Below, piece by piece: positions 17,149 to 26,661 of a stretch of DNA of 64,000 nt (its first letter is position 1; the number at the start of each line of letters is the position of its first letter). The stretch spans positions 1,456-65,455 of the forward strand of contig CAYHZA010000001.1 in the NCBI GenBank assembly GCA_964361095.1, written 5' to 3'. The position numbers and the translations under genes were made by a program. The stretch comes from an uncultured Candidatus Saccharibacteria bacterium (GTDB lineage: Bacteria > Patescibacteriota > Minisyncoccia > UBA6257 > 2-01-FULL-56-20). Below the pieces are notes generated by a model. That model was not told where the DNA came from and ran no database searches. It saw only the letters and a list, made by a program, of their open reading frames with translations.

Positions 17149-17904
17149 CTAAAGGGTTTTTTCTTTTTGGGTATCGTCGTATTTCATGATCCTGTCTTTA
17201 CCAGCGTGTTTTGCGTTATAGAGCGCGCTGTCGGATCGTTCCATACACGTCTCGAGCGTGTCACCTGTTTCCCAGTCGGAAACGCCTCCGCTTAGGGTAA
17301 TCGTGAATTCATGGCCCGCGATGCCGCTTTTGAAACTTACTTCGGCTCTGCCGTCCTTTTCGTTGAAATACTTGTCAATAACTTTTTGGGCATCGGTACC
17401 GTTGAAGACGATCGCGAATTCTTCGCCTCCGACGCGGGCGAGGATATCGGATTTTCGAAGCTCTCCTCCGATTTCTTTTACGAATTGCCGAAGGACCGAG
17501 TCGCCGACATTGTGGCCGTAGATGTCGTTGATTTGTTTAAAGTTGTCTATATCAAGTACTAGGAGTGAGATTTTCTTTTTGCGGCGTCTTTCTCCTTCTC
17601 GCTTTTCGTCTTCACCCGTGAACGCATCGGGCGTAATTTTTTCGAGAAGTTCCTTAAGCCCGCGTACGTTATAGGCTCCGGTCTTCGGATCTTTTGTCGC
17701 GAGTTCTTTCGCTTCCTTAACCTCTCGCTTCAGATCTTCAACCTCAAGATTCAATCCGCGATTTTCTTTAAGAAGCGTTTCGTTCTGCCGTTCCAGTTCG
17801 TCGATCGCGAATTCAAGGCGTTCGATCTCGCCGTCTTCCTTGGGGTCGGCTTTTTCTTCCGTATTTTCTTCTGATTCGAGAATAGGAAATTTTTCTTTGG
17901 GCAT
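17149..17904 (-). CDS. Diguanylate cyclase (GGDEF domain) with N-terminal coiled coil
   Basis: RVGGEEFAIVF (GGEEF motif) and LVLDIDNFKQINDIYGH. Confidence 0.8.
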   Translation of the reverse strand: MPKEKFPILESEENTEEKADPKEDGEIERLEFAIDELERQNETLLKENRGLNLEVEDLKREVKEAKELATKDPKTGAYNVRGLKELLEKITPDAFTGEDEKREGERRRKKKISLLVLDIDNFKQINDIYGHNVGDSVLRQFVKEIGGELRKSDILARVGGEEFAIVFNGTDAQKVIDKYFNEKDGRAEVSFKSGIAGHEFTITLSGGVSDWETGDTLETCMERSDSALYNAKHAGKDRIMKYDDTQKEKTL

Positions 17905-17931
17905 CTTCTCTTATTTTACAACATTTGAATT

Positions 17932-17963
17932 AAAACACCCCCGCTCACAAGCGGGGGTGTTTT
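17932..17963 (-). terminator. Rho-independent terminator aaaacaccccc gc-ttgtgag-cgggggtgtttt
   Basis: Perfect GC stem with a T-tract, downstream of nrdJ on the minus strand. Confidence 0.65.
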
Positions 17964-17979
17964 AATGGTTACGGTACGA

Positions 17980-20421
17980 TTACATACACCTCGAGAATCC
18001 GCAATTCTTGCAACTCATACACCCCTCGCTCATTTGAAGATGCCCACCGCAATCGGGACAACCGGGCATGTAGCCGAAGTCGGCAATTGATTTTTTGAGA
18101 TATACGGCGGTTAAGTCTTTTTCCGCGTGTACGCTTACGGTTTGTTCTATCTTCTCCGGTTCCAAAAGAGGAGTGGATGATTCAGGATTTGATGAGCGCA
18201 CATGTTCTTCAAGTATTTGGCCGATGGCATCCGGAAGAGAAAGAATAGTTCCCTTGTTCGTCATCGTCGGCATCGGCCCCCGGATTCCCTTTAGGTTCTC
18301 AATGACCTCTTCTACTTTAATTCCCGCGCGTAAGGCAACCGAAATCATGCGGCAGATTCCCTCGCTCTGCTCCTGAAAGAATCCTCCGCTTTTTCCGATG
18401 ACCGCGAACACCTCGAACGGAGCGTCATGTTCGTCGTTATTGATCGTAACGTAGAGATTGCCGTAGCCGGTTTTTACTTTGTATGTTTTTCCGGCCATAA
18501 CTTCCGGTCGCTTCCTCGTTTCAAGCTTTCCTTCGTCAATAGAGAGGTCAACTTGATTATCCTGATTTTTCTTCGTGCCAAATTCCGTCGGCGACTTAAT
18601 GTTCGCGCTCTCGAGATTTAAGATTTGTACCTCACGACTTCCGTCGCGATATACCGTCGCGCTTTTACACTTCATTTTCCAGGCGAGAATATAGCCGTTC
18701 CGTACGTCTTCTTTGGTGGCGCTGTTGGGGAAGTTGATGGTCTTTGAGATCGAATTATCAACATTCTTTTGGAAAGCCGCCTGCATGCGCATGTGATCCT
18801 CGGCGGAGATATCCATCGCCACGATAAATGTCTTCCGAAATTCTTCGGGAATGTCTTGAACCCCTTGGATGCTTCCTGTATTCGCGATTGCCGCGTTAAT
18901 CTCATTCCTTTTCTCCTCGCTTATGTTGTATTTTTGAAAAGCGGCCACAAAATGGCGGTTTAAGTAGGGGTATTGATGTCCGTCTTTATCTTGCTTGATA
19001 TAAGAGAGGGCAAAATTGGGCTCGATACCCGAGGAGCAGTCAAACATCATGGAAATCGATCCGGTTGGCGCGACAGTCGTGAGGGCCGCATTACGCATCT
19101 TTATATTATCTTTCGCGTAAATGCTTACATTTAAATTTGCGAAAGCGCCCTTTTCTTCCGCGAGTTCCCGAGACATCTCATGCGCCGCGTCGGTTATCGT
19201 CTTCATTACTTTTTCCCCGGTTTTTTGACCTTCGGGAGAGTTATAGGGAATGTTCAACTGATAGAGCATGTCCGCAAAGCCCATGATACCCAAGCCAATT
19301 CTTCTGTTCTTTTTGGCGAGATCGGTAACTTGTTGAACCGGAAAATCAAAAAGATCAATGACATTGTCCATGAGCCGTGTAGCGGTGCGTGTTACGTGGC
19401 GCAGATGATTCCAGTCGATTTTTCCGTTGTTCACGAATACCGATAAATTGATGGATCCGAGGTTGCAGTTGTCGTAGTGATGGAGGAATTGTTCTCCGCA
19501 GGGATTCGAACAGTCAATGGGTCCCAAGCCGGGCAGGGGATTTGTGCGGTTCACTTCGTCGATAAAAACAATTCCCGGTTCTCCGTTTCGCCATGCGTAA
19601 GTTACGATCTCGTCAAAAAGTTCTCCTGCGGTAATATCAATTTCTTCCGCGCCGCTTACCGAGCCGTTTCCTCCTCGGATAACGCGGTGCGGTTTTGTCT
19701 TGACCCCGTTCCACTCGCAATACCACTGTTGGTTTGGATTTTCGACGAGGGTCTTCATGAACGCGTCCGTCAGTTTTATCGAAATATTAAAATTGCGGAT
19801 TTCTCCCTCTACCTCTTTGGCGCGGATGAAATCCAAAACATCCGGATGGTCGATCTGCATCATCGCCATATTCGCGCCGTGGCGCCCCTGTTGTTTAATG
19901 ACGCCGAACGCTTCGTTGTAAACCTTGAGGAACGAAACAGGACCCGAAGAAACACCGTTTGATTTTTTCGTTGTCGTCATCGCGGGTCGGAGATGCGAAA
20001 AATCAAATCCCAACCCGGAGCCGGCTTGTTGTAGGCGCGCGGAATCTTTGAGTGTTTGAAAGATACTCTCCATCGAATCGAGAATAGGAAGTACGATGCA
20101 GTTCGCGATAAGGGGTGTCGAGCCACCGGCGTTCGTCATCGTGCGTCCCGCGGGCGTGTATTCCTTCGATGCCATGATATCGAAGAACTCACGTTCTGTT
20201 TTTGAGATGAATTTCTTGTCATGTCCGTAATTTTTCTCGACGGAAGCCAAAGCATGAGCGACGCGTCCGAACATTTCCGCGGGCGATTCCTGTGAACCGT
20301 CATCCCGTTTTAAAAGATAGCGTTTTTTGAGCATACGAAGAGAATTATCTGAAAAAGATGCGTTAATTTTTTCGTACGTTGCCGCTTTTGACTTGCTCGA
20401 GACATTTTTCTCTACGCTCAT
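17980..20421 (-). CDS. nrdJ: Ribonucleoside-diphosphate/triphosphate reductase, class II (adenosylcobalamin-dependent), with C-terminal zinc ribbon
   Basis: CSNPCGEQFL active-site motif. 813 aa. C-terminal CPDCGG...CMSCKNCG. Confidence 0.9.
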   Translation of the reverse strand: MSVEKNVSSKSKAATYEKINASFSDNSLRMLKKRYLLKRDDGSQESPAEMFGRVAHALASVEKNYGHDKKFISKTEREFFDIMASKEYTPAGRTMTNAGGSTPLIANCIVLPILDSMESIFQTLKDSARLQQAGSGLGFDFSHLRPAMTTTKKSNGVSSGPVSFLKVYNEAFGVIKQQGRHGANMAMMQIDHPDVLDFIRAKEVEGEIRNFNISIKLTDAFMKTLVENPNQQWYCEWNGVKTKPHRVIRGGNGSVSGAEEIDITAGELFDEIVTYAWRNGEPGIVFIDEVNRTNPLPGLGPIDCSNPCGEQFLHHYDNCNLGSINLSVFVNNGKIDWNHLRHVTRTATRLMDNVIDLFDFPVQQVTDLAKKNRRIGLGIMGFADMLYQLNIPYNSPEGQKTGEKVMKTITDAAHEMSRELAEEKGAFANLNVSIYAKDNIKMRNAALTTVAPTGSISMMFDCSSGIEPNFALSYIKQDKDGHQYPYLNRHFVAAFQKYNISEEKRNEINAAIANTGSIQGVQDIPEEFRKTFIVAMDISAEDHMRMQAAFQKNVDNSISKTINFPNSATKEDVRNGYILAWKMKCKSATVYRDGSREVQILNLESANIKSPTEFGTKKNQDNQVDLSIDEGKLETRKRPEVMAGKTYKVKTGYGNLYVTINNDEHDAPFEVFAVIGKSGGFFQEQSEGICRMISVALRAGIKVEEVIENLKGIRGPMPTMTNKGTILSLPDAIGQILEEHVRSSNPESSTPLLEPEKIEQTVSVHAEKDLTAVYLKKSIADFGYMPGCPDCGGHLQMSEGCMSCKNCGFSRCM

Positions 20422-20825
20422 GGTGGTGTGTTGTGTTTAGTTTTTGCCGTGTCAGGTAAATGATCTGGCCGCGGATTGTTTTGACCTTGTTGGTACATTC
20501 TACCACCTTGTTTTTTGCGAGGGAGTGGATAAATTCTTGTCAAAAATTTAGAAAGTTGCTGTAATGTCTCTTCCGGCCATTTCTGTCGGGCGCGATGGTG
20601 GAGAATGCTCGCTCCCCAACTTTTTTTAAGAGCAATTTTCTATCACGCGTCTGTCGCGAAAAAGATCCCCAATCTTCCATTGGTTGATTTTGGTCCTTGA
20701 CAGGTAATCCCGAGGGCCCTTTTCCGTTTTTGCGCCCTAAGAAAGAACACCCGAGAGCATTTTTTAGGAAATAAATCCTTGTTTGTGGCTCGTATCATAT
20801 TTTGTTAGAGTTTAGAGATATTTCC

Positions 20826-22340
20826 ATGGTGAGTAATCCTTCACGAAGGGTTTTCGGGAAAAAAAACGGCGCGATAAGTTCTGGAATAGTTTTGGTGTTC
20901 GGCGCGATCACTCTTTTGGTTCTTGGAGGACTGATATTCGGAAAAAATTTCATCGGTCAGACGGCAAATCTTATCGATCAGTCACTGGAAGATGTTTTTT
21001 CGGGCAAAGGAGCTACTCCTGTGTTTGAGATAGCGCTTGAGGGATCGTTCCGCCTTCCGAATATAAGCACGACATCCGATAGCGGCGATAAAAAAGAAGA
21101 CGCGAGCGGTTTGCCCGTCGCGAAAAGCGAAAATCGTCCGGAAAAGAATAAAACTATTTCATCGCTCGGCGGTTCTCGCGTCTCGTCTTCTCCGTCTTCG
21201 GCATCTTTGTCGGCCGGAGGAACGACAACTTCTCAAAAAAATATAGTTCATACTCCGATAGCGAATGAAGATCCGGTTCTTCCCGTGCCTCAAGTAGCGC
21301 CGGTGTGTGACTTCTCGGGAACTCTTGCGCCAAGCCACACGGTTCTCGTGAGCGAGATCGCGTGGATGGGAGGAAGCGGGAGCACGAATGACGAATGGAT
21401 GGAACTGAAGAATAATATTTCAGACGCGGTTCATCTCGCGCGTTGGCAACTCATAAACCAAAGTGGCGGAATCAAAATTGTTTTTAAGAGTAACGCGCAG
21501 ATAAAAAGCGGAGGATTATATCTTTTGGAACGAAGTGATGACGTGACTGTTCCGAATATTGCCGCTGACGCGATTTACAGCGGAGCGCTTTCGAATAGCG
21601 GTGAATGGCTGAAACTTTTTGACGATACGTGCCGACTTGTTGACGAACTCGACGCGTCGTCGGGGTGGGGAGCAACCGGTGGCGATAACACGACAAAGCA
21701 GACGCTCGAGAGAAATACTTCTGATCTTGCGTGGCACACAAGTGTCATAAGCGGTGGAACCCCCCGCGCGCACAATTCTTTGCCATCGTCATCATCTCCT
21801 GCGCCACAACCTTCGTCACCTCCGCCGGCGTCCCCGACGCCACCACCAAATCCTTCGCCACCTCCTCTTCCCATACCTCCACCAGTAAGTTCAGGAACAC
21901 ATATAGTAATTAGTGAAATTCTTGCGGGAATTGACGGGAATGCGGATTATGAGTTTATTGAGCTCTATAATCCAACAGAGGATTCGATTAATCTTGCGGG
22001 CTGGGAGCTGCGGAAACAATCGTCTTCGGGAAGCGAAAGCAATGTGGTCGACAATGGGAAATTTACGGGAATGATTCCCGCGCATGGCTATTTTTTGATC
22101 GCAAATCCGGCATATAACGGCGCGCCAGGCGCTGATCTTCTTTATTCCGTGACCTCGGCTGCGCTTGCGTATACTTCGAATACAGTTCTGCTCTATAGCG
22201 GAGACTATGTCTCTTCGCCGGTCGTGGATCAAGTAAGCTGGGCAGAGATCCCCAAAGATCAAAGCTATACGCGCGACCTTGCTACGGGAAATTTTGCTTT
22301 AAATGCCAATCCGACCCCGCAGAACGCACAAAATCTCTAA
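20826..22340 (+). CDS. Membrane-anchored protein with two lamin-tail-like domains (LTD) separated by a Pro/Ser-rich linker
   Basis: N-terminal TM helix. VSEIAWMGGSGSTNDEWMELKN and ISEILAG...DYEFIELYNPTEDSINLAGWEL are LTD signatures. The listed ORF starts with TTG at 20802. The ATG at 20826 is used here. Confidence 0.6.
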   Translation: MVSNPSRRVFGKKNGAISSGIVLVFGAITLLVLGGLIFGKNFIGQTANLIDQSLEDVFSGKGATPVFEIALEGSFRLPNISTTSDSGDKKEDASGLPVAKSENRPEKNKTISSLGGSRVSSSPSSASLSAGGTTTSQKNIVHTPIANEDPVLPVPQVAPVCDFSGTLAPSHTVLVSEIAWMGGSGSTNDEWMELKNNISDAVHLARWQLINQSGGIKIVFKSNAQIKSGGLYLLERSDDVTVPNIAADAIYSGALSNSGEWLKLFDDTCRLVDELDASSGWGATGGDNTTKQTLERNTSDLAWHTSVISGGTPRAHNSLPSSSSPAPQPSSPPPASPTPPPNPSPPPLPIPPPVSSGTHIVISEILAGIDGNADYEFIELYNPTEDSINLAGWELRKQSSSGSESNVVDNGKFTGMIPAHGYFLIANPAYNGAPGADLLYSVTSAALAYTSNTVLLYSGDYVSSPVVDQVSWAEIPKDQSYTRDLATGNFALNANPTPQNAQNL

Positions 22341-22818
22341 ATTCAGGCGCATTGAGCTTGTGGTTGTGCTTCATAATATAAGAAGTCTTCACAATGTCGG
22401 CTCGATTTTTCGCACCGCAGAGGCGGCAGGTGTCAAAACCCTGTATCTTACGGGTATTACTCCTGCTCCAATAGATCGATTCGGGAAATTGATACCCTCA
22501 TTTGCCAAGGTTTCTTTAGGCGCGGAAAAAACGGTTGTTTGGGAAAAAGTTTCCTCAATCGTTGCGACGGCGCGAAAAGTGCGCAAGGAAGGGTACAAAA
22601 TATGCGCGGTGGAGCAGTCGAAACATTCAATACCGTTTTATACATTCAAAAGAAAGATCGGGAAAACAGCCCTCATTCTGGGAAACGAAGTGAGGGGATT
22701 GCCGAAAGGTGTTCTCGGGCTTGCCGATCATATTATCGAAATTCCGATGCATGGCAAAAAAGAATCGTTAAATGTCGGCGTCGCGGCGGGAATTGTAATT
22801 TTCGGTTTTCTCTATTAA
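22303..22818 (+). CDS. SpoU/TrmH-family RNA 2'-O-methyltransferase
   Basis: ELVVVLHNIRSLHNVGSIFRTAEAAG, LILGNEVRGL and IPMHGKKESLNVGVAAGIVIF. The start is uncertain and overlaps the upstream gene. Confidence 0.7.
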   Translation: MPIRPRRTHKISKFRRIELVVVLHNIRSLHNVGSIFRTAEAAGVKTLYLTGITPAPIDRFGKLIPSFAKVSLGAEKTVVWEKVSSIVATARKVRKEGYKICAVEQSKHSIPFYTFKRKIGKTALILGNEVRGLPKGVLGLADHIIEIPMHGKKESLNVGVAAGIVIFGFLY

Positions 22819-22916
22819 ATAAATTTACTCCACCGCAGAGTGGCAACGGTTTGAAGGTTAAAATAAAAACACTCCCTATGTTTGGAGAGTGTCGATGGGA
22901 CAGTAAGAAAAAATTT

Positions 22917-22949
22917 TGCAGGAGGAGGAACGCCACGATCCTCCTCCTG
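22917..22949 (+). terminator. Perfect 12-bp hairpin gcaggaggagga-acgccacga-tcctcctcctgc
   Basis: Downstream of the trmH-like gene. Weak T-tract. Confidence 0.45.
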
Positions 22950-23269
22950 CTTTGAAGTCGCGCGAGTCAATCATACTGGACCGAGTGATTAGAACTCGCT
23001 GGACCTCTTGTGCTCTATCGGCCCCTGTCCTAGGCCCCATTGCCTAAAAAACCGATAGAGGTGCAATGTGCCAGATTTCCAGCTTCCCAACCCCCCTGCC
23101 AAGAAAGTCGGGTTAATGGATAACTAGCAACAGAAGGATATGATAAACTATTAATCTTATTTTGTCAATCCATGTTGGAAATATCATTTTTCACGGGGTA
23201 ACGGGGAGTGTTTTGGGGTATACTATAAGAGAGGATTTGTTTTTACGCAGTCGTCCCAAAGGCATCCCG

Positions 23270-23752
23270 ATGAAAAAATTGATCATTCTTATTTCACTTT
23301 TGCTCGGAGTTGCGGCGCTTTTCCTTTTTGCCTATTTTTATGTTTTCTTTTTGAATCCGGGTCGATTCGATTACGATAAAGTTTCTCTCGCGATTCGCAA
23401 TAAGATTTTTTCCGTGGAGATCGCCGATACGATGCCAAAGCGCGCGCAGGGGCTTTCCGGGCGGACGAGTTTCGGTGAGAGCGAAGGAATGCTTTTTATT
23501 TTTAAAACAGCTTCATCAACGCATAATTTTTGGATGAAAGATATGAGGATCCCTTTGGATATTGTTTGGATTCGCGGCACTACGATTGTCGGGTTTGCGG
23601 AGAACGCAGAGCCGGAACCGGAAAAACCTTTATGGGGGCTTACTATCTACTATCCGCCGGAGCCCGTGGACAAGGTTTTGGAAATCAATGCCGGTTTGGT
23701 AAAAAAATATGGTTTTGCGATAGGCGATAAGATTGATGTAAAGAAACGATGA
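23270..23752 (+). CDS. DUF192 (COG1430) family protein with N-terminal signal/TM segment
   Basis: MLFIFKTASSTHNFWMKDMRIPLDIVWI...VLEINAGLVKKYGFAIGDKI. The listed 23162 start is TTG. ATG 23270 (MKKLIILISLLL) is preferred. Confidence 0.6.
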   Translation: MKKLIILISLLLGVAALFLFAYFYVFFLNPGRFDYDKVSLAIRNKIFSVEIADTMPKRAQGLSGRTSFGESEGMLFIFKTASSTHNFWMKDMRIPLDIVWIRGTTIVGFAENAEPEPEKPLWGLTIYYPPEPVDKVLEINAGLVKKYGFAIGDKIDVKKR

Positions 23753-23837
23753 TAGTGGCTATGGAGAGAAGACAAAGCAATAGTGGTATAATTAAGAAGA
23801 TGACTCTTGTCCGCACGGGGTTTAATGGTTTCAAAAA

Positions 23838-24290
23838 ATGACTAAACGTAACATTCTTGATGTAGCGATTTTTTTTCTGGGGTATCTTTTGATGCTGCTT
23901 TTATTTTTTCTTCAGGGTTCTGTTCTTCTTCCCTCCTCGGTATATGAGAAATTTTTTGGACACAGCATGTGGGCTGATATAGTAGGCATTTTACTCCCAC
24001 TCCTTGTCGTTTTTATTCTCGCAGTTCGTCACTGGCAAGAAGGTCTAGGACGCATAGTGAAGTCGTTTAGTTTTATTGTGTTTTTTTTGGGTTACCTTGC
24101 TACAGCTTTGGCCATCGCTTTTTTAAATTTTTCCCAATATTTCCCTATGACGCGATGGGCATGTGACGAACTTGCTGCAATTGGGTGCGTATTATATGTT
24201 ATAGCTAGTTTTTTTACCGCTTTCATAGGGAGTATTATGGTGAGTGTTAAGATTATTCGACAAGTTCCCATCCAGAATAAAAATAATTAA
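23838..24290 (+). CDS. Hypothetical membrane protein
   Basis: 150 aa with 4 hydrophobic helices. Confidence 0.4.
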   Translation: MTKRNILDVAIFFLGYLLMLLLFFLQGSVLLPSSVYEKFFGHSMWADIVGILLPLLVVFILAVRHWQEGLGRIVKSFSFIVFFLGYLATALAIAFLNFSQYFPMTRWACDELAAIGCVLYVIASFFTAFIGSIMVSVKIIRQVPIQNKNN

Positions 24291-25336
24291 TGGCGAATCC
24301 CGTACGCATAGGCCTCAATGGTTTCGGCAGAATCGGTCGTTTATTCTTACGGCAAGCTTTGGAACGGCCGGAGTTTGAGATTGTCGCGATCAATGACTTG
24401 GGCGATCTCGAAAACCTCGCCTATTTGGTGAAATATGACACGGTCTACGGCCACTATCAGAAAGAAATAAAAATCGACAAGGAAAAGAATCTGCTTATTG
24501 TTGCCGGAAAGCCGATAAAGATACTACAAGTAAAGGACCCTCTGGAACTTCCTTGGAGGGATTTGGATATTCATATCGCGGTTGAAGCGACGGGTTTTTT
24601 TGAATCATACGAAAAAGCAAAGGCGCATATTACCGCGGGAGCGAAGCGTGCGGTCATTACCGCGCCCGCGAAGGATCCGGATGGCGCTCCGCCAGACGGC
24701 GGAGGAAAAACGGTTCTCATGGGCGTAAATGAAGGCGAGTTAAAGTCTGCGGTTATAACCTCGAACGGCTCGTGTACCACGAATGCCGCATCGCCTGTAA
24801 TCCAAGTACTTTCCGAAAATCCGGGGATAGCGAAGGCGATCCTGAACACGGTTCACGGGTATACGGCGACGCAGAATATCGTTGATGGTCCAGTGAAAGG
24901 TGGGCATGATTTTCGTCGCGGCCGCACGGCATCGCAGAACATCGTGCCGTCAACGACGGGTTCGGCGATCGCGGTCGCGCGCGCGATTCCCGAAATGAAC
25001 GGAAAATTCGACGGCATAGCGTTGCGCGTGCCGGTTCCGACCGGTTCGATCGCGGATATAACCTTTGTCGCGAAACGAAAGACGAGTGTGGAGGAGATCA
25101 ACAAAATTCTGAAAGACGCGGCGGCGAGCCCGAGATGGCAGGGAATTTTAACGGTGAGCGAAGATCAGCTCGTCTCCTCGGATATTATCGGGATGCCCTA
25201 CGGCGCGATTGTAGATTTGAATTTCACGAAGGTTATAGACGGAGATTTGGTAAAGGTACTTTCATGGTATGACAACGAATGGGGGTATGTATCAACCTTA
25301 GTAAGACATTTATTGCGCGTCGCGGAAATTTTATAG
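24290..25336 (+). CDS. gap: Glyceraldehyde-3-phosphate dehydrogenase (type I)
   Basis: RIGLNGFGRIGR NAD-binding N-terminus. Active-site SCTTNA. Confidence 0.9.
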   Translation: MANPVRIGLNGFGRIGRLFLRQALERPEFEIVAINDLGDLENLAYLVKYDTVYGHYQKEIKIDKEKNLLIVAGKPIKILQVKDPLELPWRDLDIHIAVEATGFFESYEKAKAHITAGAKRAVITAPAKDPDGAPPDGGGKTVLMGVNEGELKSAVITSNGSCTTNAASPVIQVLSENPGIAKAILNTVHGYTATQNIVDGPVKGGHDFRRGRTASQNIVPSTTGSAIAVARAIPEMNGKFDGIALRVPVPTGSIADITFVAKRKTSVEEINKILKDAAASPRWQGILTVSEDQLVSSDIIGMPYGAIVDLNFTKVIDGDLVKVLSWYDNEWGYVSTLVRHLLRVAEIL

Positions 25337-25473
25337 CAATAAATGAAAGCTATGATTGCTATTTTTACGTCATGGCGGGAGATATTCGGTGGAAGTATCA
25401 AAACGAAGAAAATCAATTTAAGGGGAAGTACTTAGTTTCTTTTGCGAATGAAGTGGAATAGGATATTGCTATT

Positions 25474-26562
25474 GTGTTTATCGCGGCGATAGTGAAACAT
25501 CGGGTATGGCTGGTAGCGACGGTATTTTTCTTTGCATTAGGAATTTGGGGTGTTGTGTTGAGTTTACAAACTCGTCATGTATTTGAAGAGTCTTTCCGCG
25601 CAAGAGTTTCTGCCGCATTCTTGAGTACGAAGGTCTTTTCGAACGAGGTTATAGCAAAAGACGAAAAAGAAATTTCCCTCCTTTTCGTTGGCGACGTGAT
25701 GCTCTCTCGCGCGGTGGGACGGAGGATTGAAAAAGAGCAGGATTCTAACTACCCGTTTTTGAAGATTGTCGACACTCTACGCGCTGCGGATATTGCGTTC
25801 GGTAATTTAGAAGGTCCCATTTCCGCCCGTGGTGAAAATCAGGGAAGCGAATATTCATTTCGCGCCGATCCGCAGGTCGTTCACGGATTGAAGTTCGCAG
25901 GTTTTGATGTGATGTCGGTTGCGAACAATCATATTTTGGACTGGGGAGGTGAAGCGCTTGCGGACACGGTCGATATTCTAAATACAAATGGTATTCGTTC
26001 TCTTGGAGCGGGGAAAAATAACAAGGACGCGAACGCGCCCTATGTTTTTACCATGGGGGATAACAGGATCGTTTTTTTTGGATTCACGACGCTTTATCCG
26101 AAAAGTTTGGAAGCGGGGGATGATTCGGCGGGGATCAGCTCATTCAATCTTTTACGGGTAAAAAGTGAAATTACCGAAATAAAAAAATCAAACTTGGATA
26201 CTATAGTAATTGTTTCCTTCCATTGGGGTGACGAGTATGAGATGAAGGCAAACGAGAAGCAGCGCGAAATCGCTCATGCTTTGATCGACGCCGGAGTGGA
26301 CTTGATTGTTGGGCATCATCCCCATGTGATTCAGGAAGTTGAGCGATACAGCCCTTCGACAAACTCAGGGTCGTCCTCTCGGACGAGTTGGATTGCGTAT
26401 AGCTTGGGCAATTTTATTTTTGACCAGAATTTTTCCCAAGAAACGCAGGAGGGGCTTATGTTGAAGGTTGGGGTGCGGCACGGGAAAATATCAAGCGTAA
26501 GAGAAGATAAGATTTCAATTTCCCCGTCATTTCAGGCATCCCTTGTAGAAGATTTTGAATAA
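25474..26562 (+). CDS. CapA/PgsA-family metallophosphatase (poly-gamma-glutamate/capsule biosynthesis-like)
   Basis: N-terminal TM helix. LLFVGDVML..., GNLEGP, SVANNH, IVGHHPHV motifs. Confidence 0.7.
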   Translation: MFIAAIVKHRVWLVATVFFFALGIWGVVLSLQTRHVFEESFRARVSAAFLSTKVFSNEVIAKDEKEISLLFVGDVMLSRAVGRRIEKEQDSNYPFLKIVDTLRAADIAFGNLEGPISARGENQGSEYSFRADPQVVHGLKFAGFDVMSVANNHILDWGGEALADTVDILNTNGIRSLGAGKNNKDANAPYVFTMGDNRIVFFGFTTLYPKSLEAGDDSAGISSFNLLRVKSEITEIKKSNLDTIVIVSFHWGDEYEMKANEKQREIAHALIDAGVDLIVGHHPHVIQEVERYSPSTNSGSSSRTSWIAYSLGNFIFDQNFSQETQEGLMLKVGVRHGKISSVREDKISISPSFQASLVEDFE

Positions 26563-26661
26563 AGGAATTTTACATGTAAAACTATTTTTTATGAGGCGTA
26601 GTATGTGGTACGATGAAAGCAATAATAAAATAATCATTAAAATCCAATTGATATCAATAGG

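Noticed and set aside
20422-20801. Cobalamin riboswitch or NrdR box upstream of nrdJ
   Set aside because: No B12-box-like or NrdR palindrome (ACACnAnATnTnGTGT) was recognisable by eye. This cannot be excluded without a covariance-model scan.
21484-22262. Minus-strand ORFs inside the LTD protein gene (21484-21741, 21575-21874, 21891-22262)
   Set aside because: Antisense to a gene with clear domain signatures, with no RBS. Shadow ORFs.
22955-23160. RNase P RNA or SRP RNA in the trmH-DUF192 gap
   Set aside because: The conserved GGAAAGTCCGGGC (P4) and GGUCCGGAAGGAAGCAGCC (SRP domain IV) motifs are not present. Only a generic structured ncRNA is possible.
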